Assembly (NCBI GenBank): GCA_045594705.1
Contig: JAZNZB010000020.1
Coordinates: 4,451-68,450, forward strand
DNA length: 64,000 nt
Direction: 5' to 3'
Origin: Eubacteriales bacterium
GTDB lineage: Bacteria; Bacillota; Clostridia; Oscillospirales; CAG-272
Numbering within the stretch: the first letter of the stretch is position 1; every line of letters begins with the position of its first letter. The notes under the pieces are model-generated. The model saw only the letters and a program-made list of their open reading frames with translations, ran no database searches and was not told where the DNA came from. The translations under genes and the position numbers were made by a program. Shown here piece after piece: positions 26,046 to 35,355 of the stretch.

Positions 26046-27521
26046 TCAGTCGTCGTAGCCGTAAGCCTCCAGAATCTTATCCAGTTCCTTTCGGGTATTC
26101 TTTTGCGAATTGGTCAGATCTCTGACGATCGAGGGACGCTTATCCTGCAGCGCAACCATGACAATATTGGAGCACGGCAGATTCTTGTGTGAGAAATGCA
26201 GATAACCGAAATCAAAGACTTTGTGACGGATGATGATGTCCACCATTTCGGCAGACTCCTCGTCGCGCGCGTTCTTGGACTTGGCGATCACGTCGTACAG
26301 CGTATCCGTTACCATATAGTAAGACGAGGACGCCAGCGCCTCCATCATAAAGCCGGTGGTCTCCAGCTTTTGCTCGGACAGGCTGACGGGGACGATCGCG
26401 ATGCTTGCAGCCGCGTTGACAAAGCCGAGATAATCCTTTTGCGATTCGTCATACTTGGGCTGCGGCAGGATGCCGTAGTCGTCGATCATGTCACGCAGAT
26501 TGGTGGTGATGGACAGATTGGTGGGAAACAGCAGCGCGCGTCCGTCACGGAACACCTCAATGGTGCCGAAATACAGATTGTTGTCCTTGAGATACTCGTT
26601 ATAGGTCAGATGGTAGGTATCGGGAGAAAGCAGCAGCGCGGAGGTCTTCTCGTAGATCGACTGCAGCTTATCGGTGTCGGGGGCAAAGGTGGGAATATGC
26701 TGATCATCGTAGGTGAACATGGTCGCGCCCGCACCGTAAAAGAAGTTATAATCGCAGTCCAGTGCCCAAGAGGTAATGCCGAAGAAATCGTCGGTATACA
26801 AAATCTTGCCGTCACCGTTAAGGTCCTTGGCCTGGTCCTTGATCATTCCCTGCATATCGTCCATGGTCCACGTGCCTGCTCTGGCGTCGTCGTAGGGGTA
26901 TTCCCAGCCGCGCTCATCAAACAGGTTCTTGTTGAACAGCACCGAGCCCGTGATCAGCTGCGTCGTGGGGATCAGGTCGCCGCAGGCCATCATCATATGA
27001 TCGCCGATGGCAAGACCGTTCTTGCAGTCCTGGTCCCACCAGGTCTGATCAAAGTCCACGAACTCCAGCTCGGACAGATCGTACAAATAGCCGCCCAGGG
27101 CGAGATTGTACGCAGCGTTGCCCATATGCTGATACACCAGATTGAATTCACCCGTTCCCGCAGCCGTATCGTTCTTGATCGCATCCGCGATCACGTCAAG
27201 GCTGGGCTCGTCGGCATTATTGAATTTGATCCCGTATTCTGTCTGCAGTCGGTCGTTTCTGCGGTACACCGCATCCTCAAGCGGATCGGACGAATTCTCC
27301 TCCGGACCAATATCATATCTGCTTTGCGCCAAAATGACGAACTCCTGCCCCGCAAGCGGCGTTTCAAGCTTGGAGGGATCCAGCGTCTCTGCAACCCATT
27401 GCTCTTTTTCCTCGGTTATCTCCGAGGACTGCTGCTCGTTTTCCCCTTGCGCGCAGCCCGCAAGCAAGCCCACAAGCATCAAAGCACTCAAAAGAAAACA
27501 CAAAATTCTGTCTTTCATCAT
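26046..27521 (-). CDS. Solute-binding-protein-like lipoprotein, paralog B3
   Basis: Start at ATGATGAAAGAC after a GAGG RBS. Lipobox LLAGCAQ. Shares the WWDQDCKNG, DLNGDGKI and KSKNARDEESAEMVD blocks with B1, B2 and B4. Confidence 0.75.
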   Translation of the reverse strand: MMKDRILCFLLSALMLVGLLAGCAQGENEQQSSEITEEKEQWVAETLDPSKLETPLAGQEFVILAQSRYDIGPEENSSDPLEDAVYRRNDRLQTEYGIKFNNADEPSLDVIADAIKNDTAAGTGEFNLVYQHMGNAAYNLALGGYLYDLSELEFVDFDQTWWDQDCKNGLAIGDHMMMACGDLIPTTQLITGSVLFNKNLFDERGWEYPYDDARAGTWTMDDMQGMIKDQAKDLNGDGKILYTDDFFGITSWALDCDYNFFYGAGATMFTYDDQHIPTFAPDTDKLQSIYEKTSALLLSPDTYHLTYNEYLKDNNLYFGTIEVFRDGRALLFPTNLSITTNLRDMIDDYGILPQPKYDESQKDYLGFVNAAASIAIVPVSLSEQKLETTGFMMEALASSSYYMVTDTLYDVIAKSKNARDEESAEMVDIIIRHKVFDFGYLHFSHKNLPCSNIVMVALQDKRPSIVRDLTNSQKNTRKELDKILEAYGYDD

Positions 27522-27552
27522 AAACCTCACTGTTTTCGGTATTTATACGAAT

Positions 27553-27581
27553 ATCATATCACATACCTTGCCATCTGTCAA
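27553..27581 (-). promoter_or_regulatory. Sigma-A-type promoter for B3
   Basis: On the minus strand: TTGACA, 17 nt, TGaTATGAT. The -35 box abuts the B4 hairpin. Confidence 0.55.
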
Positions 27582-27612
27582 GAGAGCCGGGTCATGTGTG
27601 ACCCGGCTCTCT
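27581..27612 (-). terminator. GC-rich 14-bp hairpin after B4 (terminator or stabiliser; no clear U-tract on the minus strand)
   Basis: AGAGAGCCGGGTCA-tgtg-TGACCCGGCTCTCT. Confidence 0.45.
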
Positions 27613-27635
27613 TTATATTTGATTTATTCGGTTGA

Positions 27636-29117
27636 TCAATCGTAGCCGTAAGCTCTCAGAATCTTCTTGAGTTCGTTTCTGGTTCTTCTTTCGGAGTTGG
27701 TGATCTCCTTGACGATCGAGGTTCTGTTTGCCTGCAGCGCGGTCTGTGCAACGTTGAAGCAGGGGAAATCCTGACCGGAGAAATGCGAATAGCCAAAGTC
27801 AAACACCTTGTGACGGATGATGATATCCACCATTTGTGCAGATTCCTCATCACGAGCGTTCTTGGACTTGGCCACAACGTCGTAAAGGGTATCCGTGGTC
27901 ATGTGATAGGATGCGGACGCCAGTGCTTCCATCATAAAGCCTGCGACCTCCAGATTGGCATCACTCAGGCTGCCCGGCACGCACGCCATGCTTGCGCTGC
28001 CGTTGACAAAGCCGAGGTAATCCTCCTGCTTTTCGTCATACTTGGGGTTGGGCAGGATGCCGTAGTCGTCCACCATATCACGCAAAGAGGTGGTGGTGGA
28101 CAGGTAGGTCGGGAAGAACAGTGCTCTGCCGTCTCTGAATACGTCGATGGTCTTGTTGTACATGCCCGGATCTGTTTCGAACTGTGCCCAGATCACGTGG
28201 AAGGAATTCTGCGTAATCAGCAGTGCGTAGATCTTTTCGTAAATTGCCTGCAATCTGTCGGTGTCGGGATCAAATACGGGCAGGTGGTCCTCATCGTAGG
28301 AGAACATGGTCGCGCCCGAGCCGAAGAACAGATTGAAGTCCGCGTCTGCCGCCCATGCGGTCACACCGAAGAAATCGTCATCGTGGAAGATCTTGCCGTC
28401 ACCGTTGAGGTCCTTGGTCTGATCCTTGGTCAGCTCCAGCATATCGTCCATGGTCCAGTTCCCTTCCCGTGCGTCCTCGTAGGGGTAATCCCAGCCGTTG
28501 CGGTCGAACAGGTTCTTGTTAAACAGAACCGTTGCGGTGATCAGCATCGTCGAGGGCAGCAGGTCGCCGCACACCATCATCATGCTGTCGCCGATGACAA
28601 AGCCCTTCTTGCAATCCTGGTCCCACCACTCGTTATCAAAATTGACGTATTCCAGATCGGTCAGGTTATACAGATAATTGCCGGGAGCCAAGCTGCGCGC
28701 TGCCTCGATCATGTGCTGATACACGATGTGGAATTCACCCGTGCCCGCGGTCACGTCGTTTTTGACGTTGGTGGAAATGATATTGAAATCGGACTGATAC
28801 TGATTGTTGAATTCAATGCCCAGCTCAGCCTTGAGCTTGTCGTCTCTTCTGTAAACGGCATCCTCAAGCGGGTCGGACGAGTTTTCCTCGGGGCTGATAT
28901 CGTACTTATTGTACGCCAGAATATTGACCTGCTGTCCACGCAGGCTGACACTCAGCTTCTCGGGATCCAGCTCAGGGTTCATCCAATACGTTTCCTCTTC
29001 GGTAACGCCCTGGGAGCCTTCCGGGGTCTCTCCCTGATCGGGCTTATCCACGCAGCCTGCAAGCACAGCAAGCAGCATAAGCATACCGAGAAGGATGCAT
29101 ATGAGTCTGATCTTCAT
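27636..29117 (-). CDS. Solute-binding-protein-like lipoprotein, paralog B4
   Basis: ATG at 29117 follows a GAGG RBS (the track start is a TTG). Lipobox LAGCVD. Same conserved blocks as B1-B3. Confidence 0.75.
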   Translation of the reverse strand: MKIRLICILLGMLMLLAVLAGCVDKPDQGETPEGSQGVTEEETYWMNPELDPEKLSVSLRGQQVNILAYNKYDISPEENSSDPLEDAVYRRDDKLKAELGIEFNNQYQSDFNIISTNVKNDVTAGTGEFHIVYQHMIEAARSLAPGNYLYNLTDLEYVNFDNEWWDQDCKKGFVIGDSMMMVCGDLLPSTMLITATVLFNKNLFDRNGWDYPYEDAREGNWTMDDMLELTKDQTKDLNGDGKIFHDDDFFGVTAWAADADFNLFFGSGATMFSYDEDHLPVFDPDTDRLQAIYEKIYALLITQNSFHVIWAQFETDPGMYNKTIDVFRDGRALFFPTYLSTTTSLRDMVDDYGILPNPKYDEKQEDYLGFVNGSASMACVPGSLSDANLEVAGFMMEALASASYHMTTDTLYDVVAKSKNARDEESAQMVDIIIRHKVFDFGYSHFSGQDFPCFNVAQTALQANRTSIVKEITNSERRTRNELKKILRAYGYD

Positions 29118-29151
29118 TTGCAAAACCTCTCTTTAGTATAGAATTACCTGT

Positions 29152-29180
29152 ATTTTACCACTTTCACCCGAAATTGTCAA
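29152..29180 (-). promoter_or_regulatory. Sigma-A-type promoter for B4
   Basis: On the minus strand: TTGACA, 17 nt, TGgTAAAAT. Confidence 0.6.
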
Positions 29181-29192
29181 GTCATATTGGCT

Positions 29193-30701
29193 TCATTCTG
29201 CTTTTTTCTGTGCTTTGCGTCGGATCAGGCGTCTGATCAGAAGGGTCAGAACGACCACGATCGCGATCGCTGCCACCACAGCCAAAAGTCCCGGAAGAAC
29301 GGACATGACCGCGAATAAGAGAATGAAGAAAATCATACCGATGCCCGTGGTCTCGATCGGATTTTTCCACTTGCACAGCGTCACAGTATAGGCGCGCGTG
29401 GGTGTGGATCGCTCTGGCAGCGTGTATCCGTTCCGATCCTTTTTGTAGTCGTCGATCGAGACGCTGTTTTCCTCATCGGTCATGATCTTTTGCTTGGTAT
29501 TGATCCTGACCGTGTATTTTCCTACCGTTTTCCAATCAAATCCACCGTGGAAATGATAGGTGAAGGTGGCTGCCTTGGGGCTGTAATAGTCCATGACGTC
29601 GGGATACACCGGTAAAGTAATGGAATTGACCGTACTCTCGCCTGCGCCCAGCGTGACGTCATAGGTAAGAAAGCACTGCAGATTGGACGTGACGTCCAGC
29701 TCGACAGACACGCGGTGGCCCTGCTGCTTGCTATATCCCAGCAGGCAGCTGTCCTCCATGTGGCAATAGTCCATCATGTCCAGCACGGCGTTGTACCAAT
29801 CGTGCTCGGAAATGCCTGCATTCGGGTCGTACTCGCTCATGGCAAGCTCGCCAAAGGTGATGCTTTTCTTGTCAACAACGCGCACACCGGCACCCTGGAC
29901 GCGTTTGCCGTCGTCCAGCAGCTTCCAATTCACTTCTCCGACGTCCTCGCCCAGCACGTACAGCGTCACAAGCGAATCCTCCGAAACGCGCACGCGCAAT
30001 CTTGGCGTTCCGCTTTCCTCAAGCACGTTGACGTTGCGATCGGAAAAGATCAGCGTGCGGGATGCGTCGTACTCAAAGGGAGCGGTCATGTCGTAATAAA
30101 AGTACCCGTCCTCGTCAAGCTCGGAATAGGGCTGATAAGTATATACCGTGACAGGCAGATCGGGCGACAGGAGTGCATGCCCCGCATAGGAGTCGTGCAA
30201 TTCCTCGGCATACTCACGGGGATCGTAGCCGTTATAGCCGGTCCGATAGCCCTGCGGAAAGGACGTCCATACGTGACGCAGCTCGGGCGTGATACGCTCG
30301 CCATCCAGCTCGACCGTGTAAAGTGCGGTGCGCTGTGCGCTCGTTGCACTCCTCTCTGCATACGAGGGCAGATCCCCCGCAGCAAACATCATTTTTACCG
30401 TTTGCTCGGTGTCGGTGGGGTTGGAAAAGGTATAATCCAGGCGCAGCGTTGAGGAATACGACTCCAAGATCTCCGATTCGTCAAATTCATCTGCCGGCAG
30501 CTCGGGGATATCGTAGGTCAGCGCCAGGCTGTCCATGCAGAGCTGACTCTTGCGCCCCTCTGGGAAGACACCAAAGACGTCTATACCGGGCTCAGGCTCC
30601 AGCGACGACATGGCAGACACGGGCAGGACGGCCAAGGCGCACAGCAAAATTGCCATCGCGCCTGCAGCCGGGTGCTTGAAAAATTTTTGATATCGATTCA
30701 T
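29193..30701 (-). CDS. Single-pass surface protein of unknown family, paralog C1
   Basis: ATG at 30701 with GGAGG 7 nt upstream. Signal peptide ...ILLCALAVLPVSA. C-terminal TM helix plus an RRLIRRKAQKKAE tail. Shares NP[TS]D, RH.., TFGELAM..YDP..G...HDWYNAV and PVYP blocks with C2-C4. Confidence 0.75.
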   Translation of the reverse strand: MNRYQKFFKHPAAGAMAILLCALAVLPVSAMSSLEPEPGIDVFGVFPEGRKSQLCMDSLALTYDIPELPADEFDESEILESYSSTLRLDYTFSNPTDTEQTVKMMFAAGDLPSYAERSATSAQRTALYTVELDGERITPELRHVWTSFPQGYRTGYNGYDPREYAEELHDSYAGHALLSPDLPVTVYTYQPYSELDEDGYFYYDMTAPFEYDASRTLIFSDRNVNVLEESGTPRLRVRVSEDSLVTLYVLGEDVGEVNWKLLDDGKRVQGAGVRVVDKKSITFGELAMSEYDPNAGISEHDWYNAVLDMMDYCHMEDSCLLGYSKQQGHRVSVELDVTSNLQCFLTYDVTLGAGESTVNSITLPVYPDVMDYYSPKAATFTYHFHGGFDWKTVGKYTVRINTKQKIMTDEENSVSIDDYKKDRNGYTLPERSTPTRAYTVTLCKWKNPIETTGIGMIFFILLFAVMSVLPGLLAVVAAIAIVVVLTLLIRRLIRRKAQKKAE

Positions 30702-30761
30702 AAATTGTCCTCCGATTCGTTTAGCCTTCATCAATCAGGACAGGATTCTTCCGTTTTGGTT

Positions 30762-32246
30762 TCACTCTTGCTGCATTTTTTTGCGTTTTTTGCGCTTGAT
30801 GATCGCACGGACAATCAAAATCACAATCGCGACGGGCAGCGCAACGGCAAGCACCGGGACCAGCACGACGATCAGGATCAACACAATCATCAGCACCGAA
30901 TAGGCATTGAATACGCGCTTGGGATTTTCCGTGGAGCTGAGCGTAAACACCAGATCCCGCTCGGGCAGACCGTCAAGGTGCAGCTCGTAGCCCGCCTCGG
31001 TCTTGGTCCACTCCCCCGGAGCTATGCTAAACTCTCCCTTTCGTTCCTTGACCATGACGTACGGCGTGTTGACGTAAATATCCAACGTGCCGAACTCCTT
31101 CCAGAGCGAGGCGGGCGAGGTCAGATATTCATAGACGTAGATCGGAACGTCGTACCCTCCGTCAATATTCGGATAAAGCGGGGCTTTTACGGTATTGGTC
31201 AAACGCTCACCCGGTGCGAGCGTGATCTGATACTCGTACCATTGCAAAAGATTCCCGGAAATATCCCAGTCGTTCACGACACCGCCATACAGACCGATCG
31301 GCTTACCCGACTGCTCCAGCTGCGCCACAACTGCATTGAACCAATCGTGCGCCGCGATCCCCGACGCGGGATCATAGGCTTGCATGGCAAGCTCGCCAAA
31401 GGTGGTGCTTGTCTTGTCCACCACGCTCATACTGCCCTCGATCCGCGTTTCCAGGGAGCCGTTTTCATAAAACTCCCATTCCAAGGTCCCGACGTCCTCG
31501 CCAAACACGTACACCGTGATTTCGGGATCGGACAGGTGCACGGAAGCAAAGCCCGCATTTCCGCTCTCATCAGAGCTGTATCCGCTCATATGCTCCAGCA
31601 TAAAGCGCGTCTTTTCCAATGCTCCGTCAAAATACGTAGCCGCACGCGCCGCGCGGTAGGTCTCACGGTCCACGCCGCTGACGCTGTAGGTGTAGATATA
31701 TACGGGAAAATCAAAGGTCAAAAAGCTGTCGGTACGGTAATCGCTGTACAGCTTCGCCATTTCCTCGGCAGGGTCAAAATCATAAAGCGATCCGCCCCAA
31801 TAGCTGTGCCGAACCACGGTATCCACGTCTGCTCCGTTGACCTGTGCTCCGTATTTGGAAGCATTGTCGGGGGTGACGTATTCTCCCAGCTCGGAATTGT
31901 AAAATTCTGCGTAATAGGGGTTGATGCCAAACGGAAACAGCAGATTTGCCGTGACCGTCATGTCACTTGGATTATAAAAGGTATACTCTGCCGTCACGCT
32001 TGCATCATAATCCAGAAATTCTTGGGCGCTGCTAAAGTGATTTACGGGAAATTCCGCAATATCAAAGGTCAGCGTTTCGTGCTCGACCACCAACGGACAT
32101 TCCCCATCGGTGACCAGCACACCCGAAGCGTTGACGCCCTCCCAATACGACTGCGCGGAATTGGCGGACGCGGGCAGGATGGCAAGCAGGCACAGAAGTG
32201 CGGCTAAGAGAGCCGTGAAAGCCGCTTTGATTTGCTTACTCTTCAT
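30762..32246 (-). CDS. Single-pass surface protein of unknown family, paralog C2
   Basis: ATG at 32246 with a GGAG RBS that lies inside the C3 3' end (11-nt overlap). Signal peptide LLCLLAILPASA. C-terminal TM helix plus KRKKRKKMQQE. Confidence 0.75.
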   Translation of the reverse strand: MKSKQIKAAFTALLAALLCLLAILPASANSAQSYWEGVNASGVLVTDGECPLVVEHETLTFDIAEFPVNHFSSAQEFLDYDASVTAEYTFYNPSDMTVTANLLFPFGINPYYAEFYNSELGEYVTPDNASKYGAQVNGADVDTVVRHSYWGGSLYDFDPAEEMAKLYSDYRTDSFLTFDFPVYIYTYSVSGVDRETYRAARAATYFDGALEKTRFMLEHMSGYSSDESGNAGFASVHLSDPEITVYVFGEDVGTLEWEFYENGSLETRIEGSMSVVDKTSTTFGELAMQAYDPASGIAAHDWFNAVVAQLEQSGKPIGLYGGVVNDWDISGNLLQWYEYQITLAPGERLTNTVKAPLYPNIDGGYDVPIYVYEYLTSPASLWKEFGTLDIYVNTPYVMVKERKGEFSIAPGEWTKTEAGYELHLDGLPERDLVFTLSSTENPKRVFNAYSVLMIVLILIVVLVPVLAVALPVAIVILIVRAIIKRKKRKKMQQE

Positions 32247-33810
32247 CGTTTTTCTCCTTTTCCTCCCCTTCTGTTTCTGTGATTTTCTCGGGCTGCGGCG
32301 GGATTTGCTCTGCTGCCCTTCTCTTTTTCCTTACTTTTCTGACGATCAGAAAGATGATCAGCGCAAGAATTGCCAAAGGCACCGCCACGGGAAGGATGAC
32401 ACAAACAAACAGTGCGATCAGAATCACAAGCAAATACAAAAGCAATGCAATAATTGAACTGTCAAACGGTTTTTGCTTTTCGCAGACAGAGATCACCAGA
32501 TAGTCAAAATCCGTATCTCCCTCCCAGCAATAGCCGTCCTCGGTTTGCTCATATTCCTTTTGGCTCGGAGTGGGGGCATCCACGTCACACAAATACAGAT
32601 CGGTCAGAATGCGCACGCTTGTCGGTCCGCACGTGCTCCAGGCTTCCGCTGCCGTCATGGCAAAGGCGTAGGTATATACCGACGGACTGTAATAACCGTG
32701 CTCAAACGGATGCAGAGGTGCCGTGACTTTCACCGTAGCACTCTGCCCCGGTGCCAGCGTAAGATCAAAGCTGTTCCAGGCTTGCAGGTTGCTCTCATTA
32801 AGCTCCACCGTATCTCCCATATACGTCACGGCAGTACCCTCGGTCCGATTGCTCGTGATATATGCAACAACTGCATTATAGTAGTCGATTTCGGATACAC
32901 TTCCCTGCGCGTCATAGCCTTTCATAATCAGCTCGTAAAAGGACATTGTGGTTTTTGAAACCAACGTCACGCGCGCGTCCAATCGGTCTCCGTCCGCATC
33001 CACCGTCCAAGCCACCTCTCCTACGTCTGCGCCGATCGAATAGACGGTGGGGTTTTCACGATTAAACCCGGGAAAAGAAATTCTTACCTTGTTCTCTCCC
33101 GCATTGGCAGGATACCACGCATTGGCAGGATACCACGCATCGGTGACAAGCACCGCGCACCTTGACGGATCGGCAACCAAAGAGCCCGACACTTCAAACA
33201 TATTATCCTTTTGCGAGGTATCGTATTCGGTGCGATAGGCATATACGTAAACGGTCGCATCCGGTGCAAGAAGGGAGTGCGGAACGTAAGTATCCGAATA
33301 ATAAGCAAGAAATGCTGAGGCAGGGTCACGTTTTCCAAGTTGCGTGGGTGCGTGATAGTAGCTGTTATCCGGCGTATAGGAATGGCGCTGCTGCGCCTGT
33401 ACCTGTTCCCCATCGATCTCCACGGTGTACTTATTTGCATCCGTGCCGTCCGGCAGATCGTATGCATACCAGGGATCAGTGCCGATGGGCGTCAACATAC
33501 GCTCGGTGACGGTCTGATCGGTGGGATTGTGTATCGTATACGTGGCTATCGTATTTGCACTGTACGCAAGAAACTCTTCTTCGGTCTTGTACCGACTCTC
33601 GGGCGGCAGCTCACAGGCGTTCAGTTCAATCTCGGTACGTTCCAGCGCAAGCGCGGTGGCCCCGTCCGCAACGAACAAACCACCCGCCACGCTGCCGGCA
33701 TATGGCCCCGCGGGGTCAATGGCAGCAGATGCAGGCATGACGGCAAGGGCGCAAAGCAAAATGCAGAGTGCCATGATACAAGACAGCTTTTGGATCGAAT
33801 ATTTCATCAT
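32236..33810 (-). CDS. Single-pass surface protein of unknown family, paralog C3
   Basis: Signal peptide ILLCALAVMPASA. C-terminal TM helix followed by a basic-then-acidic tail. Contains an in-frame 18-bp tandem duplication (AWYPAN x2). Confidence 0.75.
   Translation of the reverse strand: MMKYSIQKLSCIMALCILLCALAVMPASAAIDPAGPYAGSVAGGLFVADGATALALERTEIELNACELPPESRYKTEEEFLAYSANTIATYTIHNPTDQTVTERMLTPIGTDPWYAYDLPDGTDANKYTVEIDGEQVQAQQRHSYTPDNSYYHAPTQLGKRDPASAFLAYYSDTYVPHSLLAPDATVYVYAYRTEYDTSQKDNMFEVSGSLVADPSRCAVLVTDAWYPANAWYPANAGENKVRISFPGFNRENPTVYSIGADVGEVAWTVDADGDRLDARVTLVSKTTMSFYELIMKGYDAQGSVSEIDYYNAVVAYITSNRTEGTAVTYMGDTVELNESNLQAWNSFDLTLAPGQSATVKVTAPLHPFEHGYYSPSVYTYAFAMTAAEAWSTCGPTSVRILTDLYLCDVDAPTPSQKEYEQTEDGYCWEGDTDFDYLVISVCEKQKPFDSSIIALLLYLLVILIALFVCVILPVAVPLAILALIIFLIVRKVRKKRRAAEQIPPQPEKITETEGEEKEKNDEE
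33101..33140. repeat. In-frame 18-bp tandem duplication inside C3
   Basis: GCATTGGCAGGATACCAC occurs twice (33101..33118 and 33119..33136), followed by a partial third copy. It encodes AWYPAN-AWYPAN. Confidence 0.9.
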
Positions 33811-33840
33811 TTTGCTCCTTTCTCTTCCGTTTTTTCTGTG

Positions 33841-35355
33841 TCAATCCGCCTCCGGGTCACTCGGCGGATCTTTCGGTTGGGTTTTGATCAGTTTTTTGAC
33901 TCTTGCGTGCAAGATCGCGGCGCGGATCAGCTTGACAAGACCGATGATCGCAAGCACGAAAAGCGCAAGGAGCACGATCAGCACAAGCAGCAAAAGCCCC
34001 AGGCCGCTGTATAGAGTATCCCCGATCCAGTTGAATGGGATCTTGGTCTTGCAGACCGAGAACAGGATCATTTCCTCGCTCGGATAGGGATGGTCAATGA
34101 TCAGCTTATATTCTCCCTTGGGAATGGTATAATCCGAGCCATACGAGCTTGCATCCACCGTGGCATAGCCGGGCGTATGCACGTGCAGCTCGACCCTGCC
34201 CACCGATGCAAAGCGGCCAAGCCCCTCTATATCGTAAGCGTATTCGTACACGCAGGGCGCATACCAGTTCATAATATCGGGATACGCAGGCGTGAGGGTA
34301 ACCAGCTCGGCACGCTCGCCCGGTTCAAGTGCGATCTCAAAGATCAGCCAGCCCTGCAGATACTCGTACACGTTGTGCGAGCGCAGCGCGCTATGCAGGC
34401 CATTATCTGCAAAATACAAATAAACAGCGTTATACCAATCCATTTCGGACACGCCGTACGCAGCATCGTAGTACTGCATGGCAAGATCCTTGAACGTGAT
34501 CTGCCTTTTGCCTTCAAACGCTACGGTCACGTTGCCCGGATCGGACTCTGCGCCCTCCCAAGGCTCGGCCTCCCAGGAAAGCGCGTCGATATCCTGACCG
34601 ATCACGTAAACCTCAAAGGTTTCTCCATGCTCACTTGCATATGCAAACAGCTTGCCGCGGCTCCAAGCGCCGCTATCCACGTAAACGCACGTCGCCTGAA
34701 CGTCCACGTAAGGGTGATCCTTTGCGACCAAGCGAAAATCCGTCAACTTGCAGCCGTCAGGATTGCTTACTTTGTAAGTATGTACGGTCACGGTCTGCTC
34801 GGGGTAAAACATCTCGTCGGTCAGATACACTTGCGCGGGAAGTGTTTGGTCATCGTACGCGCCCGACCACATGGGCTCACGCGTATCATCCCTTTGCGGA
34901 TACTTTGTAAGTGTATGGCGCACAGTGGCCTCGACACTCTGCCCCTTGAAGGTGATGCTGTACGCACCCTCGTAGGGCAGCACGGCTTCAAGCGGCTCAT
35001 CTCCGCTCGTATAATCGGGTTCCTTGCAAAGCGGAATGGCCATGACCTCGCTGACGCGCTCGTCCGTGGGGTTATACAGCGCGTAGGTTGAGCCGACCAC
35101 CGAGTAATGCTTCCATACGCTCTCGGTGCTGTCCTGCTGCTTGGGCTCGGGCGGCAGATCCACGTCCACGTCCACGCGCAAGGACTCCAGCTGCAGCACG
35201 CTGCTTTTTGCAAGCGGTGCGGCACCGTACGCGCGCGAACCGGGATACGGAGAGACGCCAAAAGCAAAAGAAGGCATGACGGCAAGGACGCAAAGCAAAA
35301 TTGCCGTCGCGCCTGCCGTCATGCTCTTGAGTATGGCTGTGAAATTTTTCTTCAT
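33841..35355 (-). CDS. Single-pass surface protein of unknown family, paralog C4
   Basis: ATG at 35355 (MKKNFTAILKS) with GGAGG 8 nt upstream. Signal peptide ILLCVLAVMPSFA. C-terminal TM helix plus a basic tail. Confidence 0.75.
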   Translation of the reverse strand: MKKNFTAILKSMTAGATAILLCVLAVMPSFAFGVSPYPGSRAYGAAPLAKSSVLQLESLRVDVDVDLPPEPKQQDSTESVWKHYSVVGSTYALYNPTDERVSEVMAIPLCKEPDYTSGDEPLEAVLPYEGAYSITFKGQSVEATVRHTLTKYPQRDDTREPMWSGAYDDQTLPAQVYLTDEMFYPEQTVTVHTYKVSNPDGCKLTDFRLVAKDHPYVDVQATCVYVDSGAWSRGKLFAYASEHGETFEVYVIGQDIDALSWEAEPWEGAESDPGNVTVAFEGKRQITFKDLAMQYYDAAYGVSEMDWYNAVYLYFADNGLHSALRSHNVYEYLQGWLIFEIALEPGERAELVTLTPAYPDIMNWYAPCVYEYAYDIEGLGRFASVGRVELHVHTPGYATVDASSYGSDYTIPKGEYKLIIDHPYPSEEMILFSVCKTKIPFNWIGDTLYSGLGLLLLVLIVLLALFVLAIIGLVKLIRAAILHARVKKLIKTQPKDPPSDPEAD

